Counted from the first letter of the stretch, positions 8,663-18,484 are shown. The stretch: DNA of 64,000 bases from Candidatus Woesearchaeota archaeon (GCA_016180235.1 JACPBQ010000003.1:14958-78957); one strand, 5' to 3'. Numbers and translations: made by a program. The notes: generated from the letters alone by a model not told the origin.

Positions 8663-8897
8663 TTTTTTATTTTTTTAAACTCATATTGAGCTTTCAACTC
8701 TTTGTATAGGCCGCTGTGCGGCTTTTTCTTTTTTTTAAATTGATATTCTGAAATCATCATTCTGAAATTGGGGTTTAGGCAGGGAAGCTTATTTCTAAGA
8801 CTTCTCCCCTGCCTGCCTCAATATAATAAACCAAAGGGGGTGTTTAGTTTTGGTGTATAAGCAAATTAATGGTATAAGTCCTTTATATACCTCACGC

Positions 8898-8932
8898 GAG
8901 GATGTCCAGTGATATATGGAGGATGTCCAGTG
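8898..8932. repeat. 14-bp direct repeat GAGGATGTCCAGTG x2, 21-bp period, next to a TATA-like element
   Basis: copies at 8898-8911 and 8919-8932; TTTATATA at 8882-8889. Confidence 0.85.
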
Positions 8933-8998
8933 GTCTGAAAAGCCGAAATTTTGACAGAATAGGCAAATTTAAATAAAAAAAGAATTAATTCCTGGAGT

Positions 8999-9271
8999 AT
9001 GAAAAGAGCCCATATCACAATACATGGCCTTGTACAGGGAGTCTTCTTTAGGGCAAACACTATAAAAATGGCCAGGGAATTAGGCCTTAAAGGCTACGCA
9101 AAAAACATGCCGGATGGCACTGTGGAAGTCGTTGCAGAAGGCCCGGAAGAAAAGATAAATGAATTGATTAAGTTCTGCAAAAAAGGCCCGGAAGCAGCAA
9201 AAGTAAGTAAAGTAAACATTAAATTTGAAAAGCCGAAAAATGAGTTTGATGGGTTTGGGGTAAGGTTTTAA
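8999..9271 (+). CDS. acyP: acylphosphatase
   Basis: GLVQGVFFR, GYAKNMPDGTVEVVAEG. Confidence 0.95.
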   Translation: MKRAHITIHGLVQGVFFRANTIKMARELGLKGYAKNMPDGTVEVVAEGPEEKINELIKFCKKGPEAAKVSKVNIKFEKPKNEFDGFGVRF

Positions 9272-9324
9272 TTCTTCTTATAGGCTCTAAATACCTAAAC
9301 TTTTTATACAAGTTATACAATTAA

Positions 9325-10254
9325 GTGCATATGCCCTTTGCTTTAAGGCTTGAAGACAGAGTGATCAGTACTGCTCCATTGCAGGATGATGTTCCTCATG
9401 GAACCCCGTTGCTAGTTCTTCCAGAATATCTTGGTTTATTTGGCCTATTTGATGAAAATCCGGTTCATTTTAGTGATGAAGCCGCAAGAGAGTTCGGTTT
9501 TGATGGAAGAATAGCCCATGGCATGCTTGGAGTTGCTGCTGCAGCTGCGGACATTAGTAAAATCCTGGGTCCGTGGCAGCGCATATCGGAAATATATGTG
9601 AAATTCCGCAAGCCCGTTTACCCTGGAGAGACTTTGGTCCCATCACACACAATAAATGAAGAGGGAGATTTTGGGCTGAAAATGTTGATAGATGGGGAAA
9701 TTGTAATCGAAGGCCATGCAAAAACAAAGTCAATATTCCCTTCCCCTTTTGATATCTTGGGATTTCCGGCATTTGACTTCGATACTTTTAATTCAAGGGT
9801 ATTTCTTGGAAACACCGGAATAAGTCCGGGAACACTTAAGCCCGGAGACAGGCATATTAAACTTTATGATCAAGTTTCACTAGCCAATACTGGAAATTAT
9901 GATACCGATGACCATCTGATAACGGGGATGTCAGCAATAGAGCCTTTGCTTCACATATCTGGGCTTTTAGGAAATTATTTTCCCGGCAATGGCACTATTT
10001 ATCTGTCTCAGAAGGGAAGATTAATCCGTGGTGTTCCCGGATTTATGGGGGTCTATCAGAGGGAGATACTGGTGGATGTAGAAGTGTTAAAAGCCGAAGC
10101 TAAGCCATCGGGAATTATTTATACTATGAGGACAAGAGCATTTGATGTTTATAACCGGATGAATCCCTTATGGACCATTATGCAGGCATTTCCAACTTTT
10201 GACGGAACAGCCGAGGTTATGGTAAAGTATCAGGCAAAACCTACGATTCATTAG
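9325..10254 (+). CDS. MaoC-like hot-dog-fold dehydratase, probably double domain
   Basis: DENPVHFSDEAAREFGFDGRIAHGML, FRKPVYPGE; second half has PGNGTIYLSQ. Confidence 0.75.
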   Translation: MHMPFALRLEDRVISTAPLQDDVPHGTPLLVLPEYLGLFGLFDENPVHFSDEAAREFGFDGRIAHGMLGVAAAAADISKILGPWQRISEIYVKFRKPVYPGETLVPSHTINEEGDFGLKMLIDGEIVIEGHAKTKSIFPSPFDILGFPAFDFDTFNSRVFLGNTGISPGTLKPGDRHIKLYDQVSLANTGNYDTDDHLITGMSAIEPLLHISGLLGNYFPGNGTIYLSQKGRLIRGVPGFMGVYQREILVDVEVLKAEAKPSGIIYTMRTRAFDVYNRMNPLWTIMQAFPTFDGTAEVMVKYQAKPTIH

Positions 10255-10298
10255 CTTAAAGGCAACATTTAAATATTATTTAACCATTTCTTTCCCAA

Positions 10299-10793
10299 AT
10301 GCCTTACAAAACCTCTTTGCAAAAAGCCAATGACTTCTCGGACATATTCCAGATTGTTAAAAAAATAGTGCAGGATTACCTTGGCAAGGACCAGGCTGGT
10401 TTGCTGGTCGGATTGAGCGACCTGGGAGTTTACGGCCATGCCTTTTTAGGGGCCTTTTATTCCATGGACGCTAACACCATTGTCATAAATAAAAGGCCGT
10501 TGAATAATATAAAGCAGAAAAACCCCGGCTTGTATAATCCTTACCTGTTCCATGTGATGCTGCACGAGTATATGCACAGCATCGGGATTTTTGATGAGCC
10601 GGAAGTGAGAATGCTTGCCTACGAAATAACGAAAAAATACTTCGGCAAAAACCACTTGGCAACCCAGATGGCCCTCGACCTTGAAAAATTCCTGCCGAAA
10701 CTGGTTTTAGGCACGGAGTTCAAAACTCCTGAAGACATGAGCATAGAATTCATTTCCGGGATTGACAGGGACAATACAGGCTATATCATGTAA
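10299..10793 (+). CDS. HExxH zincin-like hypothetical protein
   Basis: HVMLHEYMHSIG. Confidence 0.7.
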   Translation: MPYKTSLQKANDFSDIFQIVKKIVQDYLGKDQAGLLVGLSDLGVYGHAFLGAFYSMDANTIVINKRPLNNIKQKNPGLYNPYLFHVMLHEYMHSIGIFDEPEVRMLAYEITKKYFGKNHLATQMALDLEKFLPKLVLGTEFKTPEDMSIEFISGIDRDNTGYIM

Positions 10794-10857
10794 AATCTGC
10801 TTCTTCATAAAGATTGGTGAAAAGATTTATAAAACGCAAATTTGAGGTTCAAATTCT

Positions 10858-11346
10858 ATGAAACTGCGCAATGTTATTGGCATTACTGCTGCCGTCATAG
10901 TGTCCCTTGCATTTTTGGTTATTTTAAGCTACATATTTGTCAAAATCACCAATCCTCCGCTGGTAGATCCTGAAATAGAGAGAATTATTGTGAGGGATAT
11001 GGTGGAAAATAACAAGCGCATCTCAGTCCCGGCAAAGCTGGATATGAATATGGGAGAAGCCAAAGCTGTTTATGTTGGATTAAGAAATGACAAAAATAAT
11101 GTCCTTAATTACAGGCTGGAATTTGACATATTTGCAGAGGCAGGCAACCGCTCATATAAAAGCGTCCTCAAATACCAGGGCGTGGCAAAATCACTGGAAG
11201 AAGGAAGCACAGAAGTCGGCAAAGTTGACATTTCAATACCCCAGTCAGACTTCTCAAAAGGGAATTATCTCCTTAAAGTTTCTATAATTGACGAGGATTT
11301 GAACGGGATCTACGCCTCAGATGATATTTTGCTTGCTATCAAATAA
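10858..11346 (+). CDS. membrane-anchored hypothetical protein
   Basis: single N-terminal TM helix followed by a beta-rich domain. Confidence 0.7.
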   Translation: MKLRNVIGITAAVIVSLAFLVILSYIFVKITNPPLVDPEIERIIVRDMVENNKRISVPAKLDMNMGEAKAVYVGLRNDKNNVLNYRLEFDIFAEAGNRSYKSVLKYQGVAKSLEEGSTEVGKVDISIPQSDFSKGNYLLKVSIIDEDLNGIYASDDILLAIK

Positions 11347-11386
11347 GTTCCTATTTAAAATAAAAAAGAAATAAAAAAAAGAAAAT

Positions 11387-11632
11387 TTACCTTTTCTTCT
11401 TCCTCTTTCCGCCTCTCTGCATCTTTGCTTCGCAGACATTGCCGCCTCTATCAATGTAATATAGATAGCCGGTTTTTCTCTTTATGCCTGCTTTGGCAAC
11501 AACCGTCTGTGTTTTGCTGGTCTTTTTTCCAGCCCTCTTCATCTGGACTTTGGCAACATTGCCTTTCTTGTCCAGGAAATACAGGTATCCTTTTTCCCTT
11601 TTGACGCCTGTTTTTGCAATTACTTTTCCCAT
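11387..11632 (-). CDS. small, very basic protein with two internal repeats
   Basis: GVKREKGYLYFLDKKGNV / GIKRKTGYLYYIDRGGNV; GGTGGT upstream. Confidence 0.85.
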   Translation of the reverse strand: MGKVIAKTGVKREKGYLYFLDKKGNVAKVQMKRAGKKTSKTQTVVAKAGIKRKTGYLYYIDRGGNVCEAKMQRGGKRKKKR

Positions 11633-11725
11633 TTTACCACCCTTTATTGTTTTTAAGACGACAATATTGAGCTTATTTAAATAGTTTTGGTTTTTTGAGA
11701 CGGGGAAATATTTTTTGTTTTGAAA

Positions 11726-12637
11726 CTATTTCTTTTTTAGGGTTTTCCAGGGTTCTATGGCCGGAAGTTGCACGGGAATTCTGATTTCTGGTTTGTTATC
11801 AAGCAGGCCCAGGAAAAAGTTAGAGTCTTGGAAGATATTTTTTAACAATGTACTCAATTGAAAATCAAGCAAAGGCATTGTATAGTCCGGAAAAAAATCA
11901 AAATTGCCGTCAGCCCAGTAAAGAAGCCATCGGTTTGCATCCTGAATTTCTTGTGCTGTAGTTTCTGTTGCAGCTTCAATCTTCAAATTGGCGCAGGACT
12001 CAGGACAATATCCATCAAATTCCCTTGCCATTCCATTATATATATGCCTATTTTTATCCGAAAATCTTAATCTTAATTCAGCCAATTTTTGATAGTCAAT
12101 TGTGGGCCGGTCCAGCCTCATTGTCATTTTGAGCCTGAAACCTAAACCATCACCCCTTTGGCTATGCAGACACATAGCTCCAAGCAGGGAACCATAAGAT
12201 GGGTTAGTCTCTGGATCAATATCGTTTAAATCCAAATGAGCTGATTGCAGTGCTATATAGGAACCTAAAAATAATCTTGTTGATTCCAGAGCATAATAGT
12301 TTTTAACTGCCCTTGCATATTCCCATATACTCTCAGAAGGGTCGGATACTATAGCACTTACAATCTCCCTTAAACTTTTTGCATTTTCTACCTTAAATGC
12401 TGTTTGATTGCCAACTCTTTTAGTGCTGAGAGATTCATCTTCCAGGACTGCCTCTACTGTTTCATTTAGGTATCTGACTGCAAGTTTAGTATCATTAAAG
12501 TCATATCTGGAGGGAAAACAGACACTAGCGATTTCTCTACTGCTTTGCACTCCACGATTAACATGGATAGAAGTTAATACAACATTCTTTGCAAAAACCC
12601 CGTCAGGTGTAACAGGCCGGTAACCCTGTACAGACAT
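11726..12637 (-). CDS. hypothetical protein
   Basis: 303 aa ORF with a TATA-like element upstream; no motif recognised. Confidence 0.7.
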   Translation of the reverse strand: MSVQGYRPVTPDGVFAKNVVLTSIHVNRGVQSSREIASVCFPSRYDFNDTKLAVRYLNETVEAVLEDESLSTKRVGNQTAFKVENAKSLREIVSAIVSDPSESIWEYARAVKNYYALESTRLFLGSYIALQSAHLDLNDIDPETNPSYGSLLGAMCLHSQRGDGLGFRLKMTMRLDRPTIDYQKLAELRLRFSDKNRHIYNGMAREFDGYCPESCANLKIEAATETTAQEIQDANRWLLYWADGNFDFFPDYTMPLLDFQLSTLLKNIFQDSNFFLGLLDNKPEIRIPVQLPAIEPWKTLKKK

Positions 12638-12839
12638 GCTTAATCTTATACTTTTATCTCCATGTTTAAATAATTTGCCTTAAAACCTGAAAGAATTAGT
12701 CATCAAATGGGAATTATTCCATTATTTTCGATTAGGATGCCATTGGCTTGACAGCCCATCAGATTTAAATACCGGAATTGATTCCAAGGGCTTAAAAGAG
12801 GTTCTAGTATTATTTCAGGTCTTTAGCTTTTATGGTAAA

Positions 12840-13454
12840 ATGTACAAGGCAATAAGAACGGTGGTTATGGCTGCAGCAGCAGGCAGCATGCTTTTGTCTG
12901 CTCAGCCTCATGCATATGCTAAACCTTATCAGGAAATTCCTCAAAAACAGGCAGCGCCTGAAGAAACAATTCCCAATTCTTCCCCTTCTGTGCTTCAAAG
13001 AACATTTGATTTTGTTAATAGAGGCGAGCATTATGGAATAGGGTGTAAAGACAATAACCCGGGAAAAACCTGCCATTTTGCAGTAAACGTTCCGTTAACA
13101 GACAGGGACGGAAAAAAGACTGGCACCTTATCTTACAATATAGTCACATCGGATTTTCCGGATATGAGGCAGATGGTCCTTATTGAAGATCTTGATGATA
13201 ATCCAAATCTCAGGTTTTTGCAGTACAATGTTGAAAAAGGAAAAAATTTTACTGATTTTTCATTGCCCAAATATATCAATATTGATATAAGCAAAGAAGA
13301 AGAGGAAAAATATCGCGAAGAGGGAAAAAACATTCTGGACTTGATTGGGGATATGGGCCGAATGAGTTATCCCATCGAAACAATTGCCGAAGCCATAGGT
13401 GCGACTATAGGAAACCTGGAGTTTATTCTGGATGGTTTTGAAAGAAAGAAATGA
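12840..13454 (+). CDS. secreted hypothetical protein
   Basis: signal peptide ending AYA; 204 aa. Confidence 0.7.
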   Translation: MYKAIRTVVMAAAAGSMLLSAQPHAYAKPYQEIPQKQAAPEETIPNSSPSVLQRTFDFVNRGEHYGIGCKDNNPGKTCHFAVNVPLTDRDGKKTGTLSYNIVTSDFPDMRQMVLIEDLDDNPNLRFLQYNVEKGKNFTDFSLPKYINIDISKEEEEKYREEGKNILDLIGDMGRMSYPIETIAEAIGATIGNLEFILDGFERKK

Positions 13455-13670
13455 TTTATTTTTTTAGTTTTGGTTATTGATTTTAATTGCATGAAAATCT
13501 GTTCAAATTATGTCTACAATAGGATTACTAAACCTCACTGAATTTTTTATAAGTAAATTTTAATCTAATAAAATTTATTACATTACTGAATATTTTTGGA
13601 TAATGTTTCTCAAACTCCCCCTTCTCCTGTAAAAATCCTCTGCTGTTCTTTTTTTAAACATTCTATTTTT

Positions 13671-13913
13671 TTATTGTTTCTTGATCTTATAAACCAAAAA
13701 GCCGATTAAAGAGCCGATTAGGAACCAGAAGATTAAGCTAACAATTACAGACGTATACCCTTCTAATTTTAGAGCCAAGCTAGGTAATAAAGGTATAGCC
13801 AAATATAGCAAACACCCAATATTATCATTACATGTTTTGAAAGATATAATCCAAAATAGTAACATTATAAGGCTTAATACAATTCCAGAAATCCAAATTA
13901 TTTTTTTATCCAT
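13671..13913 (-). CDS. small membrane protein (about 3 TM)
   Basis: hydrophobic 80 aa; starts 6 nt after the stop of the large secreted gene. Confidence 0.75.
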   Translation of the reverse strand: MDKKIIWISGIVLSLIMLLFWIISFKTCNDNIGCLLYLAIPLLPSLALKLEGYTSVIVSLIFWFLIGSLIGFLVYKIKKQ

Positions 13914-13919
13914 ATAAGA

Positions 13920-16900
13920 TTAGTTACTTTGATTTATCAAATTTAATGTTTTTTCATAAAAACTTAGTTCTTGATTATTTAAAGATTTCTTTATTATGCT
14001 TTTGGTTCTATCTTTACCATCTAGTGTTGTATGTAAAGCAAAAATATCAAAATGCTTTTTTGAATTTGAATGATTAACATTTTGAAAAATTTTTTGTTCA
14101 TCCTTAATAGTAACTATACCATCATTGGAAGTTAGAGCACTCCCCTGGATTATAACAAAATTTTGAATATTAATATTTCCTGGTTGATTATCAAAACTCG
14201 AGTTTATTATTTTTTCGTAAAACTTCCAGAGATTGAGTGATATTTTGTTAGATGCTTCTTTGGGTATAAATTCTCTATTAAAAAGGCCAGCTACTGCAGT
14301 AGTTTCAAAAGTATTGTGCTTATTAATGGATTCCAATTTTTTAGATATCTCTCCATCCTTCGAAGCAATTATACTTCCCAATGCGCTCTCACCCTCAAAA
14401 CTTCCCGGACACCCAACCGCAACAAAAGTCTCAACTTTATTGCTGTCAAATTTATTCCTCTCCAAGCTGTCCAAAGCAGCTCGACATCCATTTGAAAAGC
14501 CAACATATTGCAAATTATCTTTTCCGGTAAAAGTCAAAACACCATTTAATAATGCAGGAACATAATCATCGGTTAAGTTATAAAAACTATAATCAACGCA
14601 ATCCTCGCAATCCTGCCCTGGACCTCCTGTTATTTCGATAAGCCAGGTATCCCTTCCCGTGTTGGAAATTTCTGAAGCTAGGCCTTGCCATGTTGATAAA
14701 TTGCTGAATAGTCCATGTGCTAAAACAACCGGGAGCTCAACTGGAATTCCTGTTGAATTTAAATAAGAAATATACATTTCGCTGGCATTGGGCTTTAAAT
14801 TCCTTAATCTTAAATTAACGCCGGAAGCGGAATTTACTGTATAGTCCTTTTGAACAAACATCTCATCCCTTAACGCATTCCTCACAATGTTTCTGAAGGC
14901 ATCATTATCAGCCAAATAATTATTCTCATTTCCCGTATTATGCAGAAAATCAAATATTTTGACTGCATTTAGGTTCTCATCATCAATAAAAAAAGAATTC
15001 TCATTCCCGGTATTGATAAAATCAGCCTCTTTTGCAATAAACTCCTTTACAGCCGCAATAGTCCCGTCAATGTTGTTGCCATAAATCAGGATATTGATCA
15101 TTCCGCTCTCATCTTTATATGAAGAAATCAATCCATTATATGGATAAGAGCCGACTTTGTCTTTATAATAGATATTCCCGAAATCATAGTAATAGTCAAA
15201 ATTGAACCTTGTATGCGCGGATTTCTGCTTGTTAACCAAGTTGTTTTTCCCGATGTAAATCTTTATATCTGCATTATTTTCACTATTAGTGTAATAACTT
15301 GACTTTAAATTATCCTTGATATAGCCAACAAATTCCTCTTCTAAATTATTTATATCCAAATCAACCGAAACAAAAGCAAAAGGAAAGCCCTCAAATTTCT
15401 TAAAGGCAAAATTATTCTTCTCGTCAGTTTCATTTATTTTATTATCATGGTCCAGTTGGACCAATAATGTTTCTTTTTTATTGATAGTTAAATTGAAGTC
15501 TAAAGTTATGTTGGAATTTGCCCTGATGCTGGCAGTTTTTGTCTGGTTTTGCATTGTGTCGGTGTTAATTGCCAGGATTTCCAAATTATCAATAAAGCCA
15601 TCCCCATTATTATGAATAACAATTTTCGTATTATTTTTTTCAAATAAAATATCCTTTTCTTCTATTGACGGATCAAAAGAATAGCTTGTGTTGTCCAGGA
15701 ATATTATTGTTTTATTGGCTTTTGACCATATCAAATCCAGGCCATTATTCCCGTCTATATCAACCGGAATGACAAAATTAGAGCCAAAATTATGCTTAAA
15801 AATGGATTTTCCATTCAATGAATAGATATTATTCTCGGTAATTACCTCCATAACTCCGTCATTGTTAATATCGGCTGCAGTTGCATATATGATAGTATCA
15901 GTAGTCGGAGTTATTTCTGAATCCAGCAATTTGCCGCCTGAATAATTGTAGCAGTTTATTGTCATGTTTTTAAAGTGGGTAGGATCCTTCTTGTCCTTGA
16001 TGAAGCAGATGTCATTCATGCCGTCACTATTTGCATCAAATACTAATGGATTTGTTCCTTGCCACATATCCCTTAAACTCGAGCCGTCATTGCAGTTTTC
16101 AGGTGAAGAGCTGGCCCTTTCCTCGCATTTCCTGAACAATTCGCTTCCGTTATTTGAATAAACAAACAGCTCGGTAAACCAGTCAAAAGCCTCGAATAAC
16201 GGTATGGTATCGTCGTAAAAAATGCTAACGGCAATCTCCAGCTTATTGTCATTATTCAAATCAACCAATACGGGATGCCCCTTCAAAATAAACGCGTCAG
16301 AATTGACGCCATAAGGCTGCACAATATCATCCACAATTCCGCTATTGTTGAAGTTTGTTTCCAGGCTTTTATTCTCTATATCAAATACCATGATTCCATA
16401 ATTATTGTTGTTATTTTTGTCAAACCAGAACACAGCCTCCAAATTGCCATCATCATCTATATCTCCAATAGCAGGAATTTTTTCCAGTATATCGTTATAA
16501 ACGGATGTATTATGACTGCTGTCATTTTTAGAACTCATGTTGACAATATGGATATACTGCTTATTATCCATAAAAACGCAAATATTAGTGCTTCCTATTC
16601 CAGCGCATTTAACTCCGCTTCCGATGCCGCCATTAGGAATGGAAAAATTGAATTCCTGGAAGAAGGAATTATTGTACTGATAAGCAAAAAAATAATGAAG
16701 ATCGGAAATATTTGCAATGAAAACTACCTCTTTGGATAAATCCCCATCGATATTGTAAATAACCGGCTGCCCGAGCAGATTTCCGGAGAATTTTTCAGCA
16801 ATAAGGCTTAATTTGGCATCAAAAATTTTCAGATAGTTTCCGGAAAAAATTACAATTTCATTTTTTCCATTGTCATCCAAATCAGAAACCAGCGGCTGAA

Positions 16901-17066
16901 AATCCATCCCATCAAAATTGTTTGTGATATTTGCTATAGGCTTGCTTCCAAAATACCCGATACCATCTGCTTTCCCTGTATTGAACAAATTCCCCTGGTA
17001 CTGCTCCCAGGCAGCATTCACATTAGGAATAAAAATAAGAAACAATAACATTGCCACCCCTTTCAT
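13920..17066 (-). CDS. large secreted protein: FG-GAP/VCBS repeats, CARDB-like Ig domain, C-terminal alpha/beta-hydrolase
   Basis: signal peptide; DLDDNGKNEI, DIDDDGNLE, DLNNDNKLE, DINNDGVME repeats; DHDNKINETDEKNN; VVLAHGL, VGFSNG, NDGIV, ALH. Confidence 0.85.
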   Translation of the reverse strand: MKGVAMLLFLIFIPNVNAAWEQYQGNLFNTGKADGIGYFGSKPIANITNNFDGMDFQPLVSDLDDNGKNEIVIFSGNYLKIFDAKLSLIAEKFSGNLLGQPVIYNIDGDLSKEVVFIANISDLHYFFAYQYNNSFFQEFNFSIPNGGIGSGVKCAGIGSTNICVFMDNKQYIHIVNMSSKNDSSHNTSVYNDILEKIPAIGDIDDDGNLEAVFWFDKNNNNNYGIMVFDIENKSLETNFNNSGIVDDIVQPYGVNSDAFILKGHPVLVDLNNDNKLEIAVSIFYDDTIPLFEAFDWFTELFVYSNNGSELFRKCEERASSSPENCNDGSSLRDMWQGTNPLVFDANSDGMNDICFIKDKKDPTHFKNMTINCYNYSGGKLLDSEITPTTDTIIYATAADINNDGVMEVITENNIYSLNGKSIFKHNFGSNFVIPVDIDGNNGLDLIWSKANKTIIFLDNTSYSFDPSIEEKDILFEKNNTKIVIHNNGDGFIDNLEILAINTDTMQNQTKTASIRANSNITLDFNLTINKKETLLVQLDHDNKINETDEKNNFAFKKFEGFPFAFVSVDLDINNLEEEFVGYIKDNLKSSYYTNSENNADIKIYIGKNNLVNKQKSAHTRFNFDYYYDFGNIYYKDKVGSYPYNGLISSYKDESGMINILIYGNNIDGTIAAVKEFIAKEADFINTGNENSFFIDDENLNAVKIFDFLHNTGNENNYLADNDAFRNIVRNALRDEMFVQKDYTVNSASGVNLRLRNLKPNASEMYISYLNSTGIPVELPVVLAHGLFSNLSTWQGLASEISNTGRDTWLIEITGGPGQDCEDCVDYSFYNLTDDYVPALLNGVLTFTGKDNLQYVGFSNGCRAALDSLERNKFDSNKVETFVAVGCPGSFEGESALGSIIASKDGEISKKLESINKHNTFETTAVAGLFNREFIPKEASNKISLNLWKFYEKIINSSFDNQPGNINIQNFVIIQGSALTSNDGIVTIKDEQKIFQNVNHSNSKKHFDIFALHTTLDGKDRTKSIIKKSLNNQELSFYEKTLNLINQSN

Positions 17067-17136
17067 AAAGCCAAAGCAAAAGAATTATTATTTAAATCTT
17101 CTCCTCAAAAAATAAAAAAAATAAAAAATATTTTAT

Positions 17137-17232
17137 TTATTCCGACGGCTGGTCTCCGCCGCCATCAGCTGGCTTGGCAGGCTCGTCCTGCGGCTGTTCA
17201 GCTGGTTTCTGATCTCCTTCGCCTTCTGTCAT
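17137..17232 (-). CDS. 31-aa acidic, probably disordered micro-protein MTEGEGDQKPAEQPQDEPAKPADGGGDQPSE
   Basis: SD GGAGGT, TATA-like element upstream, T-rich tract downstream, GC-rich body in AT-rich flanks. Confidence 0.65.
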   Translation of the reverse strand: MTEGEGDQKPAEQPQDEPAKPADGGGDQPSE

Positions 17233-17417
17233 TTTTTGTACCTCCTTCTCGTTGTAAAGCTAACAAAAAAGCTAATGTTATATAAAGTTTTCCCAAATTT
17301 TTGCAGGATTTCGGCTATTTAGAAAAAACAGCAAATCATAATGTCCTAAATTTTTGTTTCTATCTAAAAATAGTGAAAAAAGAAATCATTTTAAACGAGC
17401 CCTAGTTTCAGTTCAAA

Positions 17418-18350
17418 ATGCAGTTGCAACATACGCTTGATAAGCAGGTAGAAATAGTCGCAAGAGAAGTTTTTGGCGGCTGCAAGGTCAGGCTTACACT
17501 ATCTCCTGCTCAGCCAGATACAGGAATAGTTTTCAGGACTTCTAAGGGCGAGGTAAAGGCAGACATTAAGCATGCTTTTGCATATGACCATACTATGATT
17601 CTGGATAATGGCAAGGTCAGGGTTGCTTATTTTGAGCACATGCTGGCAACTTTATTTGCATATGGCATTGATAACTGTTATGCTGACATTGAAAGAACTT
17701 CTGGATTTTTTAAATTTCTGCAAAAAATAGGAATTGCTACAGATATTGAGATGGTGCCTACCCCTGAAGACAGGGAATTGACTCTTTGCAATCTGCTTGA
17801 CCGCAATGTTGTGGCGCAGGAAGGCCATAAAAGGAAGCTGGTAACTTTAAACAAGAAGGTAGGAAATGAAAATCTGTCTCTTTATCCAATAGAAGGAGAC
17901 GGCCTGAAAATCACTGTAATAACAGACTACCCGCTTCCCGGGAGAGAGAAAATGACTTTTGAAATAACTCGTGAAACCTATAAAAAGGAATTATCAGAGG
18001 CTAGGGCATATGCCCAAATTCCTCACGGGGTCCCAGTAGCCATGGCTTCCATTCAAGCGGCATTATCCCATCCTCGTTTCGGAATAGGCCATGGATACAA
18101 AAGCAGTCATTATCCTAATGGCTCAAATTTGTTTTTGCCTGCTTCAACAAAAGAGGAATGGCGTATGCAGGAAGTTTACGGGGCAGAGGTTCTTAGGCAT
18201 AGTGTTGTAGACAGAGCAGCTATTCCAGCATTAATCCCCGGAAGATTGTGCGGGGTTGAAATAAGGGTATACCGCAGTGGACATGTCAACAATCTTTTTG
18301 TTACTAAAGAATATGTAGTTCCTAATCTGGTGAGCAAAACATCATCCTAA
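17418..18350 (+). CDS. lpxC: LpxC-like zinc deacetylase
   Basis: QHTL..V, PAQPDTGIVFR, EHMLATL.AYGIDN, ELSEARAY, HSVVD, SGH. Confidence 0.8.
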   Translation: MQLQHTLDKQVEIVAREVFGGCKVRLTLSPAQPDTGIVFRTSKGEVKADIKHAFAYDHTMILDNGKVRVAYFEHMLATLFAYGIDNCYADIERTSGFFKFLQKIGIATDIEMVPTPEDRELTLCNLLDRNVVAQEGHKRKLVTLNKKVGNENLSLYPIEGDGLKITVITDYPLPGREKMTFEITRETYKKELSEARAYAQIPHGVPVAMASIQAALSHPRFGIGHGYKSSHYPNGSNLFLPASTKEEWRMQEVYGAEVLRHSVVDRAAIPALIPGRLCGVEIRVYRSGHVNNLFVTKEYVVPNLVSKTSS

Positions 18351-18484
18351 TCCAATACCAACCCGCATTTCTTGCAGAAAGTCTCCCCTTTATCGTAATC
18401 TATTTCCCTGCTGCCGCAGTCAGGACACACTTTAATTTTGTCCTCGTGCTTCAGGCTTTCTAAACTCCTGCCCCCAAACGCCAT
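18347..18484 (-). CDS. TFIIB-type zinc-ribbon micro-protein
   Basis: CPDCGS...GETFCKKCGLVL; start at MAFGG. Confidence 0.85.
   Translation of the reverse strand: MAFGGRSLESLKHEDKIKVCPDCGSREIDYDKGETFCKKCGLVLD

Noticed and set aside
8828-8932. Possible replication origin (TCCAGTG and AAAGGGGG resemble ORB pieces)
   Set aside because: The pieces are not in ORB order, there is no full consensus, and no cdc6/orc1 is nearby.
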